This document shows positions 18,788-25,354 of a stretch of DNA of 32,000 nucleotides, in pieces. This stretch comes from Gemmata obscuriglobus. Its GTDB lineage: Bacteria > Planctomycetota > Planctomycetia > Gemmatales > Gemmataceae. Positions within the stretch are counted from its first letter, which is position 1. Every line of letters begins with the position of its first letter. The translations under genes and the position numbers were made by a program. The stretch lies in assembly GCF_008065095.1 (NCBI RefSeq), contig NZ_CP042911.1, positions 8,160,001 to 8,192,000 of the forward strand. The letters run 5' to 3'. Below the pieces are notes generated by a model. The model saw only the letters and a program-made list of their open reading frames with translations, was not told the origin of the DNA and searched no databases.

Positions 18788-19993
18788 TTAACCGGCGGTC
18801 CAGTTTTCGGGGTCCACTATACCGGCCAGCCGCGCGACATCCGCGGTGGTGTACGGGGCGAGGGGGTTGGTAGGATCTTGCTCGACCCCAACAGCGTTGA
18901 AGAAGACTTCTAGCCGCCGCGCCAGCATTGCGCGGACTTCGTCGCCTGTGCGCACTTCGGTGAGACGGATCGGCTCCGGATCATGTTCGAGTCGGTCGAG
19001 TTTGGGACGCGGAAGGTATCCCTTTTCTCTGGAACTGTCGAACAACTCCCTCAAACACCCGATCACCACCACTGCGTTCGGCAAGGCGTCGGCAACGTCG
19101 ATCAGCGTGTTGATCGCGCACCGGAACAGTTCGCCCGGCTCGGAGTCACCTTTCGCGAGTTCAATCATCTCGTCCAACTGATCGACCAGCAGCACAAACG
19201 CCGCCGAATGCACGGCGCGCATCAGCCGCCCGAGGCCGACGATCGTCTTGAGCGGCATCTCGGGACCGGGTCGAGGAACCAAGTCGCCGAGCATCTCACG
19301 GTCGTACTTCGCCAGATCCTCGCACCGCAGCCAGCTCAGCGCCCGCGGGCGAATTCGGCCGTCGTTCGGGAGGAGGAAAAGGACCGCGCGCAACAGGTTC
19401 AGATCGATTCCCGCGAACCGCTCGTCCTGGGCCGCAACATCAGCGAACCGGAACACGATCCGTGCCGTCTCGTCCGGCTCGAGCCAGTCGCTGAGTAACT
19501 TGTCACGGTCGGCGTCGGCGATCCCGATCGCGTCGAGCAACCCGCGAGCCAGACGCATGAGCCCGGTCGTCGGGTCGCCCGGCTTGTACGGCTGCTCGAG
19601 CGAATCGAGGAGGTAACTGAGGATGTATCGCGAGTAGTTGTCGGATCGGCTGAGCATCTGTAGATAGCCGCAATACCCAGCACCGCTCTCGTGGGCCGCA
19701 GTGCGGAACGCGCGCATCAGATGCGTCTTGCCGCAGCCCGCTTCGCCGAGCAGGAGCAGGCTCTTCCCGTGCGGCGGTAGATCAGCGTCAGACGCGCGGG
19801 CCAGCAGTCGGTCGAAGGCCGCACGGGCCTCCGGGTGTACGGCACCCACGTCGAAGGGGTCCGTGGTCCAGAGCTGGCTGCCGAACACGACCCCACTAAA
19901 CACCTCGGGGCCGTCGGGCGAGCAGTACGCCGCGACTCGCGGATCGGTCGCCGCCGGCACGGACGCGGGCAGAACAGAAGCGGTGGGCGACAT
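18788..19993 (-). CDS. N-terminal 391 codons of the IS-split double ATPase: AAA/ORC-like P-loop NTPase domain (last 10 codons and the stop are supplied by the IS3 end)
   Basis: Walker A LLLLGEAGCGKTHL, Walker B AFVLLVDQLDE. The tail IVDPENWTAG-stop is encoded by the IS terminal repeat. The ATG lies 3 nt after the upstream gene stop. Confidence 0.85.
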   Translation of the reverse strand: MSPTASVLPASVPAATDPRVAAYCSPDGPEVFSGVVFGSQLWTTDPFDVGAVHPEARAAFDRLLARASDADLPPHGKSLLLLGEAGCGKTHLMRAFRTAAHESGAGYCGYLQMLSRSDNYSRYILSYLLDSLEQPYKPGDPTTGLMRLARGLLDAIGIADADRDKLLSDWLEPDETARIVFRFADVAAQDERFAGIDLNLLRAVLFLLPNDGRIRPRALSWLRCEDLAKYDREMLGDLVPRPGPEMPLKTIVGLGRLMRAVHSAAFVLLVDQLDEMIELAKGDSEPGELFRCAINTLIDVADALPNAVVVIGCLRELFDSSREKGYLPRPKLDRLEHDPEPIRLTEVRTGDEVRAMLARRLEVFFNAVGVEQDPTNPLAPYTTADVARLAGIVDPENWTAG

Positions 19994-19996
19994 GGC

Positions 19997-21037
19997 TTAG
20001 CTCCCCTCGATCAGGATGAAGTGAAAGGTGGCGGTCAGGTAGGTCGTCTCGGACGCCCGCACGTCGGCCGGGTCCATGAGTTGCACGAGGTCGGCACGGC
20101 TTAGCGTCAGCAGACGCTCGCGGTTCGCTTCGATCAATTTGGCTTTGAAGCCATCGAGGCCGAGTGCGTGGAACGGTCGGTCGTTGCGCAGTTGTTCCCA
20201 GACGTGGCTGATGAACACCTTGTACCCGCCGAACCGTCCAGTCGGGCACCGTCGTGCAGCGGCCTTCACCGTATTCGCGAACGCCTCCAGGTCGAACGGC
20301 TCCGGGTCCGCAGGCCGGCTCGAGGGCTCCGGGTGCGGGTCCGCAGCTTTCGGGCGCGGCTCGGTGTGCGATCCGTCGGCCCATCCACGCAACGCGACCG
20401 CGCGGAGGCCGTTCGTGCCGGTCCCGGGCGCGTCCAAAAGCACCCGCGGAACGGTGTTGGTCATGTCACGCTCGTCCGGAGGGACCTCGCGGCCCATCTT
20501 TCGCGCGAGAAGAAGCGGGACGAGTGTTTTAAGCTCCGTGTGGTCGGCGAACCCGAGCGCCTGACAGGCGATGGCCTCGAACACCTTTTTGAGGGTGTCG
20601 CCGGTCGCAACCGGAAGCCCGAGTTCCCGCTTCAGCAGTAGCGCGGCGAGTTTCTCGCCCTTCAACGCGTCTGGGGTTGTGCCCAGCGCCCGCGGCACGA
20701 GGAATTTCGCCTTTACGGTGCCCCAGTTCGCCCGGGGCGGCAACTGCTCCACGCCCAAGAACTGCAACGCGCGGACGCGGCCGGCGTCGGTGGCGCGCTG
20801 GCCCTTCGCGGTCACGTACCCCTCCGCCCGGAGTCCCGTCAGCGCTTGCGTCACGTCGTCGGCCGTGGGGGCGCTGCGGGAGAAGAAGACCGCCAGATCC
20901 TTCCGCAGATCACTTTCGCCGACGCTCTTCGACGCGGGTAGCAGTCGCAGCAAGATCAGGTCGGCGAGGCCCGGCGCCGCAGCCGCCGAGGGGTCGGTTG
21001 GGGATGGGGGCGGGGCCAGTTGGGCGGTCGCACTCAT
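19997..21037 (-). CDS. Hypothetical protein B of the ATPase operon (346 aa; N-terminal winged-helix-like segment, conserved-looking C-terminal block)
   Basis: ATG at 21037 overlaps the TGA of the upstream gene (ATGA). MSATAQLAPPPSPTD ... LADLILLRLLPAS ... ALTGLRAEGYVTAKGQ ... GGYKVFISHVWEQL ... FKAKLIEANRERLLTLSRADL. In the track it is hidden inside the chimeric 753-aa ORF. Confidence 0.75.
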   Translation of the reverse strand: MSATAQLAPPPSPTDPSAAAAPGLADLILLRLLPASKSVGESDLRKDLAVFFSRSAPTADDVTQALTGLRAEGYVTAKGQRATDAGRVRALQFLGVEQLPPRANWGTVKAKFLVPRALGTTPDALKGEKLAALLLKRELGLPVATGDTLKKVFEAIACQALGFADHTELKTLVPLLLARKMGREVPPDERDMTNTVPRVLLDAPGTGTNGLRAVALRGWADGSHTEPRPKAADPHPEPSSRPADPEPFDLEAFANTVKAAARRCPTGRFGGYKVFISHVWEQLRNDRPFHALGLDGFKAKLIEANRERLLTLSRADLVQLMDPADVRASETTYLTATFHFILIEGS

Positions 21038-22258
21038 GCGGCACCTGTGGGTTGGGCGGGGCCGCGGCGCTCGGCCACGACCTCCAGAATCGTGTTCAGA
21101 ATCCGTTCGAGGTCGGTCACCACGTCCTCCGCCAGGAACCGCAGCACACGGTACCCGTGCTTCTGGTACAGGTGGTCCTTGCGCCGGTCCCGGCGGTACT
21201 GCTCGGGGTTCAGGTGGTAGAACGCGCCGTCCACCTCCACCGCCAGCTTCAGGCCGGCGGTGGAGGTGGACGGCTTCGGCCGTCTGGTTCCCGTGCTGGA
21301 ACGGGAGCGGTTGGTTCGGGCGGAACAGGCCGGCGGTCTCCGGCAGCGATTCCAACTGCCCGAACAGAAACTCCTCGTGGACGCTGCGGAAGTCGGACGC
21401 GAGGTCCGCCGGGGCGGGATTCCGGACGACCCGCGCCGCGCCCACGAACGCCGACGCCACGTCGTCCGCCACCCCGTCGTTCACGAGCCGGGCCACCGTC
21501 GCGACCGGCGGGTCGAGGCCGGCCGCGCGGAGCCGCGCTTCCAGATCGTTCCCGGCGACGCCGCGAACTTCGATGAACCCCTCGCTCGCCAGCGCGGCGG
21601 TCCGCGTCCCCTCGAATTGCGCCGCGAACTGGTCGTACTCGTCGCGGGTAACGGCCGCCCCGACCGGCACGCGCGGTTCGGTGACGGCGACGGCCTCAAG
21701 GAGCCGCAGTGCCGCCGGCAACGCGCCGGGGGCCGGGGTGAGGAGCAGCGCCGGCCACAGCTCCGGCGGGTACAGATCCGCGACCGCGCGCACCACCCGG
21801 CCGGGGTCGCCGGACGCACCCGCCACCTCGCGCACGAACCGCGGCGGATCGGTCGCAGCCCCTTGCGCCCGGTCGGACAGGAGGAGCCGCGCGGCGGTTG
21901 CAGCCGGCGCCCGCGGGTCGATCGGCAGGCCGCGCCACAGGACGTCCAGGTCGTAGAGAGTCGGGCGGGCCGGCAGGGTGACGGCGGCCGCCCCGGGGCC
22001 GGCCCAGCGCTCAACACACCGGACCGCGAGAGCAACGGCGTCCGTCGCGCCGAGTGCGACCGCGACCCACGCAGTCAGCACCTCGTCGGGTTCGGCCGTG
22101 GCCGCTACGGCATGTGGCCGCGGTAAGCTGGCAACCCAGAGGCTCCACGCGCGCCGGCCGAGCCCGACCGGGCCGACCAGAACCGCGATTGTGGGAACGC
22201 CCTGCGCGACGCGGGCGTGGTGCCGCAGGAACAATTCGGCGGTCGGTACGGTACTCAT
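21034..22258 (-). pseudogene. Protein A of the ATPase operon: N-domain with degenerate P-loop plus C-terminal DUF559 (Vsr-like PD-(D/E)xK endonuclease fold). Frameshifted at about 21250-21260
   Basis: Frame 1 (from ATG 22258): IAVLVGPVGLGRR ... EEFLFGQLESLPETAGLFRPNQPLPFQHGNQTAEAVHLHRR. Frame 2 continues LKLAVEVDGAFYHLNPEQYRRDRRKDHLYQKHGYRVLRFLAEDVVTDLERILNTILEV, ending at the TGA at 21034-21036. The two halves form one DUF559-type domain only if one nucleotide is removed near cgccggcctgaag. Confidence 0.7.
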
Positions 22259-22659
22259 GGGCGAGAAGACGTTTGTGTTGAAGAAACGTCAGTCTGCCAC
22301 AGCGCCGATCGGAACACGAGCGAAATTTTGAAACGAACGGCTATTTGTTCGCCTTCGGGTGAAATGAGCGCGAACGGGCATCATCGGAATGCCTTCACCG
22401 GAGGCGGAGTTCCGCCGTTTCAAGGTCGCGAATTTTGACGAGATCGAGACGCGCGAACGTTTGCCGCTGACAGCAGCAGGCAAACGCTCGGCGAGCCGTG
22501 AGGCGAACCGCCCGCGTCAGCGTGGCGGGAGGGAGTGCGAAACACGGGATTGACTACTGTGGCCTGGATTGGAGCCTCTTTGCGGTCCGGTTGCTGGTGC
22601 CCGTTTTTGGCTTGTGCCTTTGTGGCACAGACATAGCCAGCCGGCTCGGGGTCCAGGCG

Positions 22660-23574
22660 TCACACCGCCCGACTCAGCTCGCTCAGCACCGCCATCCGCA
22701 CCGCGAGGCCGTTGGTCACCTGGTCGAGGATCGCGGAGTGCGGGCCGTCGGCAACCTCCGGGGTGATCTCCACCCCGCGGTTGATCGGCCCCGGGGCCAG
22801 GAGCAGCGCGCCGGGCTTTGCCCGCTTCATGCGGTCGGCGTCCACCCCGAACAGCAGCCGGTACTCGCGGATCGACGGGAACAGCCCGCTCCGCTGCCGC
22901 TCGAACTGCACCCGCAGCAGGTTCAGCACGTCGCACCGCGGGATCACGTCGTCGAGCTTGTCCGCGATCTCCACCCCGAACCGGGCCACCTCCTGGGGGA
23001 CCAGCGTGGTCGGGCCGCACACGATCACCTTCGCGCCGAGCGTCGTGAGCCCGTAAATGTTGCTCCGCGCGACGCGGCTGTGCGCGATGTCGCCCACCAA
23101 CCCGACCGTGAGCCCCGCGACGCGGCCCAATTTCTTGCGGATGGTGAGGATGTCGAGCAGCGCCTGCGTCGGGTGCTCGTGCGCCCCGTCGCCGGCGTTC
23201 ACCACCCGCACGTGCGGCATCAGGTGCTTCGCCAGCACGTGCGGCGCGCCCGGCGACGAGTGCCGCACGACCACCATGTCGATGCCCATCGCCTCGATGT
23301 TCTTGGCGGTGTCGATGAACGACTCGCCCTTCGACGTGCTCGACCCGCTCGGGGAGAAATCGAGCACGTCGGCCCCGAGCCGCCGGGCCGCCAGCCCGAA
23401 GCTAACCCGGGTCCGCGTGGACGGCTCGTAGAAGAGGTTCACAACGACCTTGCCCTTCAGGTCGTCGCGCTTCGGCACGTCGCCGACCCCGACGCGGTCG
23501 AGCCGCTCCGCGGCGTCGAGAATGCGGGTCAGTTCCGCGGACGAAACCCCTTCCAGCCCCAGCAAGTGCTTCAT
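22660..23574 (-). CDS. pyrB: Aspartate carbamoyltransferase catalytic subunit
   Basis: 304 aa. Motifs: [45 protein letters not shown]. Confidence 0.95.
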   Translation of the reverse strand: MKHLLGLEGVSSAELTRILDAAERLDRVGVGDVPKRDDLKGKVVVNLFYEPSTRTRVSFGLAARRLGADVLDFSPSGSSTSKGESFIDTAKNIEAMGIDMVVVRHSSPGAPHVLAKHLMPHVRVVNAGDGAHEHPTQALLDILTIRKKLGRVAGLTVGLVGDIAHSRVARSNIYGLTTLGAKVIVCGPTTLVPQEVARFGVEIADKLDDVIPRCDVLNLLRVQFERQRSGLFPSIREYRLLFGVDADRMKRAKPGALLLAPGPINRGVEITPEVADGPHSAILDQVTNGLAVRMAVLSELSRAV

Positions 23575-23911
23575 TAAGACACCAAAATGAGGTCACGCTC
23601 GTCGGTACGCGAGCACAGATTTACCGAGACGGAGCCCCGCCCGCCTCCGCGCACCTACCGACGAAGCTCTTCACCGCCTCTTCCGCCCGTAAGCCTCCGG
23701 GGCGATCACGCGCGATCACGCCCCGGCGGACGCCCGGCTCGTGCCGCGTTCGGCGTGCAACCGGCTGTCGCCGTGGACGTGCGCATCCACAATGCGTCCG
23801 TTCCGGATGAGGTAATCCGGCACGCCCGTGCGCAGTGAGGAAGTTCTGAAGTACCTTACGGACGAACCGAGTGCGGGGCAGGTCCGGGGCCGGCGGGTAG
23901 TTCGCATGCGC

Positions 23912-23961
23912 CCGTGGTGCCGGTCGCGCGGGCTGGCTGGTGGGCGCGACCGGCACCACGG
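23912..23961. promoter_or_regulatory. 18-bp perfect inverted repeat in the pyrB / symporter divergent intergenic region
   Basis: ccgtggtgccggtcgcgc (23912-23929), 14-nt loop, gcgcgaccggcaccacgg (23944-23961). Lies about 85 nt upstream of the symporter ATG. Confidence 0.35.
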
Positions 23962-24044
23962 CGTGCGGTTTCGGGGCGACCCGGCCTGGACCGCTCGCTA
24001 AACTGTTCCGAACTTCCCGCCCCCGGCGCCACAACGGAGCACTC

Positions 24045-25346
24045 ATGGCCGCTGCCCACACGGTCCCGCACACGCGCATCCTGTTCGGCCTGATCGGCGG
24101 GGCCGCCCTCGGGTGCCTCGCGAACGCGCTCGTCAGCAAGGGCGTCGTGCCCGCGGGGCCGGTCGATTGGGTGGTGAAGTACCTCGCCCGCCCGGTCGGG
24201 GCGGTGTTCCTGAACCTGCTGTTCCTACCCATTCTGCCGCTCGTGTTCGCGTCACTGGCGCTGGGGGTGTCGCGGCTCGGCGGCACCGGCAACGTCGGCC
24301 GCATCGGGGCGAAGACGATCCTCTACTTCCTGATCACCACCGCGCTGGCCGCCGCCATCGGGCTGACGCTGGTGAACCTGATCGAGCCCGGCACCGCCGC
24401 CCGCGACCTCCGCGACGGGCTCATGGCCGAGTACGGCAAGGAGGCCGAGGAGAAGCTGGCGACCGCCAAGAAGAAGGAGTTCGGGGTGCAGACGTTCGTG
24501 AACGTCGTGCCCGCCAACCCGCTCGTCGCGTTCGTCGAGAAGGACATGCTCGCGATCGTGTTCACCGGCCTGCTGGTGGGGTTCGCGCTGACCCGCATCG
24601 AGCCCGCCCGGGCCGCGCCGCTGGTCGCCGTGCTGGAGGGGGTGAACCAGGTCACCGAGGTGATCGTGCGGTGGGCGATGGCCGTGGCCCCCTACGCGGT
24701 GTTCGCGCTGCTGTTCTCGACCACCGCCAAACTGGGGTACACGCTATTGTTCTCGCTCGGCGCGTTCGTGCTGACCGTGCTCGGCGGCCTGGCGCTGCAC
24801 CTGTTCGTTGTGCTGCCGCTGTTGGTGAAGTTCTTGGGCGGGATGTCGCCGACGGAGTTCTTCACCAAGGCCCGCGGCACCATGGTGACCGCGTTCAGCA
24901 CCAGCTCCTCCAGCGCGACGCTGCCGACCGCGATCCGGTGCGCCGAGGAGGACCTGAACGTGCCGCGGGAGGTGTCGAACTTCGTGCTGCCGCTGTCGGC
25001 AAGCATGAACCACAACGGCACCGCCCTGTTCGAGGCGGTGACGGTGCTGTTCCTCGCGCAGGCGTTCGGCATTCACCTGAACCCGGAGCAGCAACTGGTG
25101 GCCCTGGTGCTGTGCATCCTGACCGCGAGCGGGATGGCCGGCGTCCCCGGCGGGTCGCTCCCGCTCATCGGGCTGATCCTGGTGCAGTTCGACGTGCCGG
25201 CCGGGGGGATCGCGCTGGTCATCGGGGTGGACCGGCTGCTGGACATGTGCCGGACCATGGTGAACGTGACGGCCGACCTCACGACCGCCGTGTTCGTGGC
25301 CCGGGGCGAGCGCGGCCACGCGCCCGCCGGCGCCGCGAAGCCGTGA
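24045..25346 (+). CDS. Dicarboxylate/amino acid:cation symporter (DAACS/GltP-type family)
   Basis: Multi-TM protein with family motifs: TAFSTSSSSATLP, NHNGTALFEAV, AGVPGGSL, DRLLDMCRTMVNVT. Start placed at ATG 24045 (MAAAHTVPHTRILFGLIGG). The track ORF begins earlier, at 23940. Confidence 0.88.
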   Translation: MAAAHTVPHTRILFGLIGGAALGCLANALVSKGVVPAGPVDWVVKYLARPVGAVFLNLLFLPILPLVFASLALGVSRLGGTGNVGRIGAKTILYFLITTALAAAIGLTLVNLIEPGTAARDLRDGLMAEYGKEAEEKLATAKKKEFGVQTFVNVVPANPLVAFVEKDMLAIVFTGLLVGFALTRIEPARAAPLVAVLEGVNQVTEVIVRWAMAVAPYAVFALLFSTTAKLGYTLLFSLGAFVLTVLGGLALHLFVVLPLLVKFLGGMSPTEFFTKARGTMVTAFSTSSSSATLPTAIRCAEEDLNVPREVSNFVLPLSASMNHNGTALFEAVTVLFLAQAFGIHLNPEQQLVALVLCILTASGMAGVPGGSLPLIGLILVQFDVPAGGIALVIGVDRLLDMCRTMVNVTADLTTAVFVARGERGHAPAGAAKP

Positions 25347-25354
25347 GCCCGAAG

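Larger units (their letters stand above)
17584..18821 (-). mobile_element. IS3-family insertion sequence, apparently intact (1238 bp)
   Basis: Terminal inverted repeats TACAGTGGACCCC (17584-17596) and GGGGTCCACTATA (18809-18821), 12 of 13 complementary. Flanked by direct CCG repeats (17581-17583 and 18822-18824). Contains orfA/orfB with an A9 slippery run. Confidence 0.85.

Noticed and set aside
19997-22258. 753-aa single ORF
   Set aside because: It is chimeric. Gene A is read past its frameshift through about 90 nonsense codons into gene B. The DUF559 core lies in another frame (21034..21240), and gene B has its own ATG at 21037 overlapping that frame's stop.
23716-23907. 63-aa minus-strand ORF containing DYLIRNGRIVDAHVHG, reminiscent of an amidohydrolase N-terminus upstream of pyrB
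   Set aside because: The similarity covers only about 15 residues and the rest is Arg/Ser-rich. That is too short to call a gene remnant without a database search.
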